A stretch of DNA of 64,000 bases from Minisyncoccota bacterium (lineage in GTDB: Bacteria > Patescibacteriota > Minisyncoccia > Phycocordibacterales > JAACPR01), in the NCBI GenBank assembly GCA_041674225.1, contig JBAYWG010000003.1, positions 2,582-66,581 of the forward strand. The letters are read 5' to 3'. The notes below the pieces were generated by a model, which was not told the origin of the DNA, searched no databases, and saw only the letters and a program-made list of their open reading frames with translations. How positions within the stretch are numbered: position 1 is the stretch's first letter; every line of letters begins with the position of its first letter. Shown one piece after another: positions 45,940 to 55,136 of the stretch. Both the position numbers and the translations under genes were made by a program.

Positions 45940-47385
45940 TTAGTCAACATCGGCTAGGAATTCAATTTGGGTTTGGAATCCTGTGGCATGAGAAAGCACT
46001 GATGTTCCATAACTTTGGCCAGGTCCACCAGCATAATTACTTCCTGCATAATACTTAGCCGCAGCAGTATGTTCTGCTGTATAACCACCATTTGCAGCAC
46101 CTAAATCTCGTAAATAAAGCGCTGTAGCAGTGAAAGCATGTTCTGGATTCCATGGGTTTGGAGTAGAAATTCCTAGAGCTGCTGCGATTTTTGGTTCATA
46201 AGACTTCCATGTAGCTGGAATAAACTGCGAAGGTCCCATGGCTCCTCCCCAACCACCAACAGAAGCAATCGGACAAGAAAGCGGTGTAGTCTCATAATCT
46301 AATCCTAATTTTGCAGTTATTTCCTTGAAAGTAGTTTGATCATCTCTCCACGAACATGGTGAAGCTGCACCAGTACATGACTTTCCATTTGCTACGTAAT
46401 TCGCATAGTGAAGTGGTCCAGGCATAATAGCTGTGTACTTTTTAGTATCAGGATCACCCGCTCTGTTACATGTTCCTACGTTGTTTCCCAGATCAGATTC
46501 TTGTTTTAAAATCGCAAGAATTAAAGCCGGTCTCACACCTGTAGCCTTTCCAGCAACGTTCGCATATTTCACAGCGTCTCCAAAAGAAATACCAGCAGTG
46601 TCACGCAATCGGAAAAGCGCAGAACGAATTTGCGCAGCTCTCGATCTTTTTTCCGCTAGATAAGATTCCAATGTAGCTTCTGCTTGTTTTGAATATGAAA
46701 GTAAACTCGATTGATCTTTTTCCTTTGCTTGAACATTTTTCTTTTGAGCCTCAATCTCTGCTTTTACATCTTGCTCTTCAGCTTTTCTTCTTTCTAGTTT
46801 TGCTTTTTCTTCTTCTGTTAATCCACGAATATCTCTTATTTCAGCAAATAATTCTTCTAGTGAAGATTGCAAAAGATTATAAGAATCGATTGTTACAAAA
46901 AAATCAGAAAAATCTTCTTGCGACAAAATAATTTCAACTAAAGATGTATCGTCTAATTCATTTTTTCTTTTAATCAATTGTCCTAGATTGTCTTTACCTC
47001 TTTCTAGTTTTTCATTTAATTGATTTACAGTCTGGTCTCTCAAAGCAATATCTCCACTCAATGTTTTAATCTCAATATTTTTTTTATCAATAGAAAGTTG
47101 AGTTTGCTTTATTTGAGTTGTTAGTTTTGAAAGCTCAGTTTGAATTGTGGCAGATTGAGCTTTTTGTTGTTGAACAGAACCCTCTAGTGCTTTTTCTTCT
47201 TCACTAATTCTTTGATATTCATCACAAAGAGCTTTTGTATCACTATCTTCAGGATTTTTACAAACCTCTTCTACAGATTGTGCAAAAAGTAATTTGGCGG
47301 CGAAAAATAGGAAAAATAAAACTAAAATAAAAAATACGGTATAGCCGACAACAAACTTTACTAATCTAACAGACTGCTTACTCAT
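45940..47385 (-). CDS. Membrane-anchored coiled-coil protein with C-terminal lytic transglycosylase (SLT/GH23-like) domain
   Basis: N-terminal TM. Long E/K/Q-rich coiled coil. C-terminus contains AILKQESDLG (catalytic Glu context) and GPSQFIPATW. Confidence 0.55.
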   Translation of the reverse strand: MSKQSVRLVKFVVGYTVFFILVLFFLFFAAKLLFAQSVEEVCKNPEDSDTKALCDEYQRISEEEKALEGSVQQQKAQSATIQTELSKLTTQIKQTQLSIDKKNIEIKTLSGDIALRDQTVNQLNEKLERGKDNLGQLIKRKNELDDTSLVEIILSQEDFSDFFVTIDSYNLLQSSLEELFAEIRDIRGLTEEEKAKLERRKAEEQDVKAEIEAQKKNVQAKEKDQSSLLSYSKQAEATLESYLAEKRSRAAQIRSALFRLRDTAGISFGDAVKYANVAGKATGVRPALILAILKQESDLGNNVGTCNRAGDPDTKKYTAIMPGPLHYANYVANGKSCTGAASPCSWRDDQTTFKEITAKLGLDYETTPLSCPIASVGGWGGAMGPSQFIPATWKSYEPKIAAALGISTPNPWNPEHAFTATALYLRDLGAANGGYTAEHTAAAKYYAGSNYAGGPGQSYGTSVLSHATGFQTQIEFLADVD

Positions 47386-47414
47386 AGGTAAACATTATAC
47401 CTAAAAAATTTGAT

Positions 47415-48047
47415 TTAGGCTTCTTCTTTTTCAGACTCAGCTTTCTTTAGTTCGCTTTCTGTTTTTACTGCAGATGGATCGAATTCAACAACTGGTTCTT
47501 CCTCTTCCTCTCTTTGAGCTTGGATTAGAACAACAACTTCTTCAGGGTTTGTTAGAAGTGTAACTCCAGATGGCATTACAAGGTCGCTAACGTGAATTTG
47601 TGAGTCCATATCAACAAGGGCATCAATTGAAACTTCGATTTCATGAGGAAGATCTTTTGGCATAGCCTCGATTTCAATTTCGTGAAGTACCTTAACAACA
47701 ACTCCGCCTAGTTTTTCGGCAGCTGATTCTCCAACGAATTCCAAAGGAACATGAACAGAAACTTTCTTTCCTTTTTCAATAGCATAAAAGTCTGCGTGAA
47801 TCATATCTCCACGAACAGCGTCTTTTACAACGTCTTGGATCAAAACTTCATGAGAGTCACCATCCACAGAAAGATTTACAACTGTTGATTCTCCAGCTTC
47901 TTTCAATGTTTTTAGGAAAGCAATTGTGTTGATTTTAATAGAAATAGCTTCTTGTTTTGGACCATATACAACAGCAGGAAAAGAACCGCTTTTTCTAAGA
48001 GCTTTCAAATCTTCTTTAATATCTCGCTTTTGTGCTTCTAAAATCAT
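47415..48047 (-). CDS. rplY: 50S ribosomal protein L25 / general stress protein Ctc
   Basis: L25 N-terminal domain (RKSGSFPAVVYG) plus acidic C-terminal extension. Confidence 0.8.
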   Translation of the reverse strand: MILEAQKRDIKEDLKALRKSGSFPAVVYGPKQEAISIKINTIAFLKTLKEAGESTVVNLSVDGDSHEVLIQDVVKDAVRGDMIHADFYAIEKGKKVSVHVPLEFVGESAAEKLGGVVVKVLHEIEIEAMPKDLPHEIEVSIDALVDMDSQIHVSDLVMPSGVTLLTNPEEVVVLIQAQREEEEEPVVEFDPSAVKTESELKKAESEKEEA

Positions 48048-48118
48048 GCTATTTATATATTTATTAGTGGGCTTGATTATACACAGAGATTAAAAATTGG
48101 CAATATTTATTCAATTAT

Positions 48119-49774
48119 CTATTTGCCCACAATATGACTTTTCATATATTCCAAAGTACCCCCAACCTTCTTTCCTGGGTTGAAGATGTTGTTTGGATCA
48201 AAGATGTTTTTGACTTGTTGGAAGAGTTTATATATATCATCGCCAAACATTTGTCGCACATAAGGAGTACGAATAATACCGTCGTTGTGCTCTGCGGTAA
48301 TTGTTCCACCAAATTCATGGACTAGCTTGTAGACCTCATCAGAAACTATTGGGATTTTAGCTCTTTCACTTTCTTTCTTTAAATTCATCAGGGGAATAAT
48401 ATGCAGATTCCCTTCTCCTGCATGACCGACGATATTAACTGCGATTTTATTTTTATTAAGTATTTTAAGAAGTTTAGGGAGAAATTGAGGTAATTTTTCT
48501 GGTAAAACACACACATCATCTATAAAAGGAGCGGTTTGTTTATCTTTTACTTTTTCTCGAAGGAGATTAAAACTCTCTCGACGCATAGTCCAATATTTTT
48601 CAGCTTCTTCTATATCGGCAATAACTCGATAATGAAGAGCGTCGCCTTTTAGCGCTTCTACAACTTGTTCTACTTTTCTGTCAGCTTCTTTGTCTGTGCT
48701 TTCGGCAATTTCTACCAACACAATCAATTTTGGTAATCCACCCAATTTCAGACTAATAATAAACTCCGGCCAAAATTTAAATAAAAATTTAATAAAATTT
48801 GTTCCAGTCTTTTTTGCAATCTCTGGCATAAAACGAATACCCAGTTTCAAAGTCACATCATCAAAAGTCTCCATACTTTGCGCACCGATTGGTAAAAGTT
48901 TATTTACAGTTTTTGGTAGGTCGTCCCAATTTTTAAAGAAAAGTGTCACAAGTCTTTTGTGTTCTTTCATTTCTATCACTCGTATTTCTGCAGAAGTCAT
49001 CAACCCAAGAGTACCTTGAGATCCTGTGAAGAGTTGAGTTAGATCGAATGTTCCAGCTTCTTTGTCGTACACATCCCATAGAGCATACCCCGAACTGTTT
49101 TTTGTAGTTTTTGGTTTTGCAGATTTAATCAAATCGTAATTTTTATCAATCAAATCAAAGGTTCTTCGATAAATTTCACCTTCAAAATCTTGTCGACGCA
49201 TTTTATCTTCCAGCTCAAGCATAGAAAGTTTTTGGAAATTATATTCATGACCGTTTGCTAAAATCATATTTAGTTTTTCGACAAAATTTCTCATTTGTCC
49301 GTATCTCAAACTGTTCTCACTTCCACAGTTGTTCATAATCATTCCTCCAAGTGCGGCGATTCCTTTTGAAGCTGGATAAACTGGCATTGAAACATGCTCA
49401 GGTAGAGTAATTTTTTCAAAGTCTCGATAATAAACTCCGGGTTCCACAACTGCACGCAAAGTTTCTAAATCAACTTCTTGATGATTGAAATATTTTGTGA
49501 AATCTAAAATAATTCCCTCACCTATTGCTCCTCCTGACATATCTGTACCTGCAGATCTAGCTGTAATTGAAAGGTTTGGAAAATCATTTTTACTTTGCAA
49601 AGTAAAATTTACAATTTTCTCTAAATCTTTTTCATTTTTTGGAAAAACTACAACTTGCGGTCGAACTTGAAAAAGACTCGCGTCACGACTATATTTTTCT
49701 AAAGTTTGAGAATCAACAAGAACATCACCTTGAATAATTTCTTTCAACCTATCAGCTAAAATTTTTGATGACAT
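48119..49774 (-). CDS. FAD-linked oxidoreductase (FAD_binding_4; GlcD / D-lactate dehydrogenase family)
   Basis: PCMH-type FAD-binding region (RPQVVVFPKNEKDLEKIV...ITARSAGTDMSGGAI). C-terminal FAD-oxidase domain. Confidence 0.7.
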   Translation of the reverse strand: MSSKILADRLKEIIQGDVLVDSQTLEKYSRDASLFQVRPQVVVFPKNEKDLEKIVNFTLQSKNDFPNLSITARSAGTDMSGGAIGEGIILDFTKYFNHQEVDLETLRAVVEPGVYYRDFEKITLPEHVSMPVYPASKGIAALGGMIMNNCGSENSLRYGQMRNFVEKLNMILANGHEYNFQKLSMLELEDKMRRQDFEGEIYRRTFDLIDKNYDLIKSAKPKTTKNSSGYALWDVYDKEAGTFDLTQLFTGSQGTLGLMTSAEIRVIEMKEHKRLVTLFFKNWDDLPKTVNKLLPIGAQSMETFDDVTLKLGIRFMPEIAKKTGTNFIKFLFKFWPEFIISLKLGGLPKLIVLVEIAESTDKEADRKVEQVVEALKGDALHYRVIADIEEAEKYWTMRRESFNLLREKVKDKQTAPFIDDVCVLPEKLPQFLPKLLKILNKNKIAVNIVGHAGEGNLHIIPLMNLKKESERAKIPIVSDEVYKLVHEFGGTITAEHNDGIIRTPYVRQMFGDDIYKLFQQVKNIFDPNNIFNPGKKVGGTLEYMKSHIVGK

Positions 49775-49776
49775 TT

Positions 49777-50646
49777 TTATTTTATAAAATTAAACAACTC
49801 TAACCGATCTCTTACAGATTCTTTTATTGCATCAACTGTTGGTTGCAAAAATTTATACGGAGCGATTTCTTTCTTTTGTTCTTTTAGTGCTTTTTTCAGA
49901 GCTTCTTTGAAAGCTATTCTGATTTCAGTATTGATATGTATAGTCGAAATACCAGCTTTAATTGCATCTTGAAAATCTGCGTCCGAAGTACCAGAACCTC
50001 CATGAAGTACCAAAGGAACTCCGCAAGCTTGTCGGATTTCAGAAATTCTTTCGATGTTTAATTTAGGATTTTTTCCTTTACTCAACATTCCGTGCATATT
50101 TCCAACAGCTGGTGCTAAGAGATCTACACCTGTTTCTTTTACAAATCTTTTTGCTTCTTCTGGGGTTGTAAGAAACTTTTCATCTGTTGCTACACCATCT
50201 GGAACTTTATCTAAAATTTTTGAAGATTGTCCGATGTTTCCAAGCTCAGCTTCGACCAAAACATCACGTCCAGAAGCTCGCGCATAACGAACACATTCTC
50301 TTGTGGCGATAATATTGTCTTCATATGAAAGTTTTACTCCATCAAAAATTACCGCATCGAATCCTGCATCAATCGCTTTTTTAACACCTTCAACACTGTA
50401 CGTGTGATCAGCATTTAGAAATACCGGTTGGTTGTATTTTTCTCGATAGACTTGCACTAGCGCCGCCGCTTCGTGAATTCCGACGAACTCCCTTTCTCCT
50501 TCTGAAACCCCGATAATCACTGGCAGCTTAAGCTCACGCGCGGCGGCGCACACTCCATGCAAAGCCTCCAAGTTTGAAATATTAAAATGTCCCACAGCAA
50601 TTCCCTTTCTTTCAGCATCAGCAACATAATCTCGCAATTTATTCAT
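49777..50646 (-). CDS. fba: Fructose-bisphosphate aldolase, class II
   Basis: Class II aldolase TIM-barrel motifs are present: GHFNISNLE, LHGGSGTSD. Confidence 0.8.
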   Translation of the reverse strand: MNKLRDYVADAERKGIAVGHFNISNLEALHGVCAAARELKLPVIIGVSEGEREFVGIHEAAALVQVYREKYNQPVFLNADHTYSVEGVKKAIDAGFDAVIFDGVKLSYEDNIIATRECVRYARASGRDVLVEAELGNIGQSSKILDKVPDGVATDEKFLTTPEEAKRFVKETGVDLLAPAVGNMHGMLSKGKNPKLNIERISEIRQACGVPLVLHGGSGTSDADFQDAIKAGISTIHINTEIRIAFKEALKKALKEQKKEIAPYKFLQPTVDAIKESVRDRLELFNFIK

Positions 50647-50705
50647 AAAAAATATTTTATCACATTAAATAAAATAAAAGTTAAAAAGTTTGTTATAATT
50701 TTTTT

Positions 50706-51707
50706 ATGAATAATGAAAACCGAATTGATTTTTTAGCGATTGGAGATATTGTCACCGACGCTTTTATAGAATTACAAGACGCCTGGATTGAAAATGATAA
50801 TCCAGAAAAAAACAAAGAACTCTGCATGAAATTTGGAGATAAACTACCATACAAAAATGTTGACGTTATTGCAGCTGTTGGAAATAGTCCAAACGCAGCG
50901 GTTTCTGCTCATAGACTTGGTTTAAAAACTGCACTACTAACAGATGTAGGAGATGACTTTTTTGGAAATGAACAAATTCAAACTTTGAAATCAAATGGAA
51001 TCGACACGCAATTTGTAACTCAACACAAAGGTTTAGCTTCAAACTATCATTATGTTTTAAGATTTGGACCAGAGCGAACAATTCTCGTAAAGCACACAGA
51101 ATTTCCTTATAAATTTCCTAAAATTGAACCTGCTCCAAGATTTATTTATCTTTCTTCGCTCGGAGAAAACTCTCTTCCCTATCATGGAGAAATTGCGAGG
51201 TATCTAAAAGAACATCCGGAAACAAAACTAGCCTTCCAACCTGGAACTTTTCAAATGAAATTAGGAAAAGATACTTTGAAAGATCTTTATGAACTTTCTT
51301 ATCTTTTTTTCTGCAACAAAGAAGAAGCTCAAAAGATTCTAGATACAAAAGAATCTGATATAAAAAATCTTTTGAAAATGATGCGCGATATCGGTCCAAA
51401 AATTGTCATTATTACAGACGGTCCAAATGGTTCTTATGTTTATGATGGTCAGGAATACTGGTTTATCCCAATGTATCCAGATCCATCTCCGCCAGTAGAC
51501 AGAACAGGTGCGGGAGATTCATTTTCTTCAACTTTTACATCGGCAATTGCATTAGGAAAAAAGATTCCAGAAGCATTATCTTGGGGTCCAATTAATTCAA
51601 TGTCGGTTGTACAACACGTTGGAGCACAAAAAGGTTTATTACATAAAGATAAACTAGACTTATTTTTACGTGATGCACCAAAAAGTTTTACACCTCAGAA
51701 AATTTAA
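50706..51707 (+). CDS. PfkB-family carbohydrate kinase (ribokinase-like)
   Basis: N-terminal GG-like motif. C-terminal anion hole DRTGAGDSF. Confidence 0.75.
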   Translation: MNNENRIDFLAIGDIVTDAFIELQDAWIENDNPEKNKELCMKFGDKLPYKNVDVIAAVGNSPNAAVSAHRLGLKTALLTDVGDDFFGNEQIQTLKSNGIDTQFVTQHKGLASNYHYVLRFGPERTILVKHTEFPYKFPKIEPAPRFIYLSSLGENSLPYHGEIARYLKEHPETKLAFQPGTFQMKLGKDTLKDLYELSYLFFCNKEEAQKILDTKESDIKNLLKMMRDIGPKIVIITDGPNGSYVYDGQEYWFIPMYPDPSPPVDRTGAGDSFSSTFTSAIALGKKIPEALSWGPINSMSVVQHVGAQKGLLHKDKLDLFLRDAPKSFTPQKI

Positions 51708-51736
51708 AAACTCTAAAAAAGATATATACTAAAGTC

Positions 51737-52054
51737 ATGCCGGACGAAGATATTCAATTTGAAGAAGAATATGGAGATTCTAAATTTCATATTCGATCAA
51801 GAAAACTATTAGGAGAACCAACAACTCCTGCAATGGTTAATTTTTTGATTAGCAAAAGAGTTGCTAAAGACGAAAAGCAGGCTTTAATTATTTTAATTTC
51901 AGCTATTGTAGTTTTTTTGGGTTTAAGTATTTTTATCATCGATAAATCAATAAATAACGATGAGGAATTAATTATTGTAAACAAATACGGACAACAAATT
52001 CCATTTAATGAATATGTAGAAATGTTAAACCAAGGTGGTGAACCAATCAGATAA
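51737..52054 (+). CDS. Hypothetical small membrane protein
   Basis: 105 aa with one TM. Upstream of the pilin gene. Confidence 0.3.
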   Translation: MPDEDIQFEEEYGDSKFHIRSRKLLGEPTTPAMVNFLISKRVAKDEKQALIILISAIVVFLGLSIFIIDKSINNDEELIIVNKYGQQIPFNEYVEMLNQGGEPIR

Positions 52055-52055
52055 T

Positions 52056-52613
52056 ATGAAAAAAAATAACTTACAAAAAGGATTTACATTAATTGAACTA
52101 CTAATGGTAGTTTCGATTATTGCTTTGTTATCTTCAGTTGTTGTGGCTGGACTTACAGATGCGCGAGGCGGTGCAAAAAACAATAAAAGAAACGAACTAG
52201 CACGACAATACGTAACAGCGTTTGGTTTATATCACGGCGAATATGGTTATTACCCTAAACAATACACAGACGATACTGCAGACAATATGGATCTAATTTG
52301 TTTGGGTTCTGGTTATCCAACTTTGCCAGGTGGAGGAAATTGTTACGTAGAAGGGCCTCATAGTCAAAACACAAACGTGAATACTGCAATAAGTGAATTT
52401 GCACCTGGGACTCCACCGAGTTTAGAGAAAACAGTTGTCGCCGGGCAAGAATATTTTGGAATTTCTTACAGATGTTTAGATGACGCGTGTACACAATATG
52501 AATTGAATTGGATCGTTGAAGGTAGTGGAAGTTCTGCAAATTGTTTTGGTGGAGCCACAAAAATAGAACTTGGGAATATAGGACTATGTACCTACGACAC
52601 AACAGGAAGTTAA
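52056..52613 (+). CDS. Type IV pilin / pseudopilin (class III signal peptide)
   Basis: MKKNNLQKGFTLIELLMVVSIIALL shows the prepilin peptidase site G|FTLIEL and a hydrophobic alpha1 helix. Confidence 0.7.
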   Translation: MKKNNLQKGFTLIELLMVVSIIALLSSVVVAGLTDARGGAKNNKRNELARQYVTAFGLYHGEYGYYPKQYTDDTADNMDLICLGSGYPTLPGGGNCYVEGPHSQNTNVNTAISEFAPGTPPSLEKTVVAGQEYFGISYRCLDDACTQYELNWIVEGSGSSANCFGGATKIELGNIGLCTYDTTGS

Positions 52614-53239
52614 GCAGAAGTAATTAATCTAATTGAAATAGTTTGAATATTTTCTTTCTTTGAAGAAGTAATTTTATTTTTTGATTTTTTCAAAAATAAT
52701 TCAGCCAATTGATATCCCGGCGTGTCAGAAATTTTATTTTGATTCTTTTGATCAAACACAACCTTAAAAGTAATCACAATATCGCCACCTTCTTTTTTAA
52801 TTAGAGCATCTATATTCCCTTTTTCCAATCCCAGTAAAATTTCTTGAGATAAAATTGAAAGAGCTTGCACAAAAAACTTTTTATTTGTGATTACATTACT
52901 AGTGTTTTGCCCAGTTAAAGAAAAGTCTATCTTTCGAGTTTTGGCTAAACGAATAAATTTACCCAACGCTTCGTATGTAGTAGTCATCACAGGCACAGAC
53001 TCTAATTTTATTTTTTGATTTTTACTTTCAATTTCGTATGCAAGCAGAAGTGATTGTGTCGTAACTAATATTCTCTCAGATGATCTTTCAATTTTATTAA
53101 TATTTTGAATTGCCTCTTTTGATAATTCACCAGAATTTTTTAATATTGCAGAATATCCTTGAATAAAAGTAACAGGGGTCAGAATATCTTTTTCCAACCT
53201 ATTTAAAAGATCTATTTCTTTTTTATTTTTTCTAATCAT
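52610..53239 (-). CDS. Hypothetical protein with degenerate HisKA-like segment (no phospho-acceptor His)
   Basis: LTPVTFIQGYSAIL resembles an H-box but lacks the His. No N/G boxes. Confidence 0.3.
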   Translation of the reverse strand: MIRKNKKEIDLLNRLEKDILTPVTFIQGYSAILKNSGELSKEAIQNINKIERSSERILVTTQSLLLAYEIESKNQKIKLESVPVMTTTYEALGKFIRLAKTRKIDFSLTGQNTSNVITNKKFFVQALSILSQEILLGLEKGNIDALIKKEGGDIVITFKVVFDQKNQNKISDTPGYQLAELFLKKSKNKITSSKKENIQTISIRLITSA

Positions 53240-54233
53240 GTTTTCTTCTCAGTACGTTATTTACTGCATTATAAATAGAATCTTCACCCATTCCGTAATG
53301 TTCAATTAGCTGTTGAGGTTTTCCAGATTGACCAAACACATCATTCACGCCAACAAAATCCATCGGTACAGGAAATGTTTGTGCTAAAAATTCTGCCACA
53401 GCGCTTCCCATTCCCCCAGCAATTTGGTGTTCTTCCACTGTCACTGCTGCTTTTGTTTCTTTGACCGCTTCTAAAATTGTTTTTTTATCTAGTGGTTTTA
53501 TTGTAGAAAGATTTATAACTATCACACCAACTCCTTCTGCTTCAAATTTCTGAGCAACTCTCAAAGCATTAAAAACCAATGCACCGGTTGCAATTATTGT
53601 TACTGAATTTTTTGTTTTTGAAGATTCAAAAAGTCTTGATGCTTTACCAATTTCAAAAGGAGTTTCTTCTGTTGTGATTAGAGGTGTCGCTTCACGTGCC
53701 AATCGAATGTAAACAGGTTTATCATTTCCCGCAGCAGCCAGTGTAGCTTTTTTTGCTTCCACAGAATCACAAGGAGAAATTACAATCATATTCGGAATAA
53801 CACGCATCAGCGCAATATCTTCAACAGCTTGATGAGTTCCTCCATCTGGTCCAACCGAAATTCCAGCGTGTGATCCTGCAATTTTTACAGGAACATCGTT
53901 GTAACAAATAGTTGTGCGAATTTGTTCCCAATTTCTTCCCGGACTAAACATTGCGTAGCTAGAGATAAAAGGAATCTTTCCCATCGCCGCCATTCCAGAT
54001 GCAACTGATGCAAGATTTTGTTCTGCTACTCCAACTTCGAAAAATCTTTTTGGAAATTCTTTTGCAAAATCCTCCATCTTTGTTGATTCAACTAAGTCCG
54101 CACACAAACCAACAACTCTTTCATCTTTCTTTGCAGCTTCAAGTAATCCCAAACCAAAGCCGACACGAATTGCCACACTTTCGTTTTTTTCATCAAAGAT
54201 ATCTTTTCTTAATTTTTGCTCAGTGATTAACAT
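53232..54233 (-). CDS. Transketolase, C-terminal subunit (Pyr-binding plus C-terminal domains)
   Basis: Conserved Pyr-domain residues (FEVGVAEQN...) and TK C-terminal domain. Adjacent to the N-terminal subunit gene. Confidence 0.85.
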   Translation of the reverse strand: MLITEQKLRKDIFDEKNESVAIRVGFGLGLLEAAKKDERVVGLCADLVESTKMEDFAKEFPKRFFEVGVAEQNLASVASGMAAMGKIPFISSYAMFSPGRNWEQIRTTICYNDVPVKIAGSHAGISVGPDGGTHQAVEDIALMRVIPNMIVISPCDSVEAKKATLAAAGNDKPVYIRLAREATPLITTEETPFEIGKASRLFESSKTKNSVTIIATGALVFNALRVAQKFEAEGVGVIVINLSTIKPLDKKTILEAVKETKAAVTVEEHQIAGGMGSAVAEFLAQTFPVPMDFVGVNDVFGQSGKPQQLIEHYGMGEDSIYNAVNNVLRRKHD

Positions 54234-54235
54234 AA

Positions 54236-55132
54236 TTATTTATCTCCACATTTTATTTTTCCTCCCAAACTTCTCAATTCATCTATAGCTTTTGCATTCT
54301 GTTCATCTTTTTTATAAAAATCTTCCGGACCCTTTCCAGGAGGAACTCCGTGCCAACGATAATCTCGCTCCATAAATGGCACACCTTTTCCAGGAATTGT
54401 GTGAGCAATGATTACAGACGGCATATCATAAACAGCTTTCGCTTGATTAATAGAATCAGAAATTGCTTCAAAATTGTGACCATCGATTTCTTGCACATGA
54501 AAATTAAATGCTTCAAACTTTTTTCTCAAAGAGTTCAGTGGCATTATGTCTTCTGTAAAACCATCAATCTGAATATTATTTCTATCTACGATTACAATTA
54601 GGTTATGAACTTTTTCTTTCGATGCCATCATTATTGCTTCCCAATTTTGTCCCTCATTTAATTCTCCATCACCAGTCAAACAAAAGAAAAACTTTCTAGA
54701 TTGTTTTCCATAATCAATTCTATCGGCCAGCGCCATTCCAAGAGCTTGTGAAAGCCCAGAACCAAGTGGACCTGAACTATTTTCCAGCATCGGGAGAAAT
54801 TCTCGGTGAGGATGTCCTTGTAAGCGAGAACCGAATTGTCGGAGTGTCTCTAACTCTTCTAAAGGAAAGTACCCTGCATGCGCCATCGTAGCGTAAAGCA
54901 CAGGACAAATGTGACCATTCGAAAGAATTAGACGATCTCTATCAGTCCACTTTGGATTTTTAGGATCATGAGACATTCCGCCAAAGTATAAATATGTAAA
55001 AATATCTGCCATTCCAAGTGGTCCTGCAGTGTGGCCAGACCCCGCAGACACAAGCATTGCTATGATTGATTGCCGAATTCGATTAGCTGTTTGTTCTAGT
55101 TCGCAAATTTTATCATCAGAAAGATTACTCAT
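54236..55132 (-). CDS. Transketolase, N-terminal subunit (TPP-binding)
   Basis: GHTAGPLG and TGDGELNEGQNWEA TPP/Mg binding. Confidence 0.85.
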   Translation of the reverse strand: MSNLSDDKICELEQTANRIRQSIIAMLVSAGSGHTAGPLGMADIFTYLYFGGMSHDPKNPKWTDRDRLILSNGHICPVLYATMAHAGYFPLEELETLRQFGSRLQGHPHREFLPMLENSSGPLGSGLSQALGMALADRIDYGKQSRKFFFCLTGDGELNEGQNWEAIMMASKEKVHNLIVIVDRNNIQIDGFTEDIMPLNSLRKKFEAFNFHVQEIDGHNFEAISDSINQAKAVYDMPSVIIAHTIPGKGVPFMERDYRWHGVPPGKGPEDFYKKDEQNAKAIDELRSLGGKIKCGDK

Positions 55133-55136
55133 GTAT

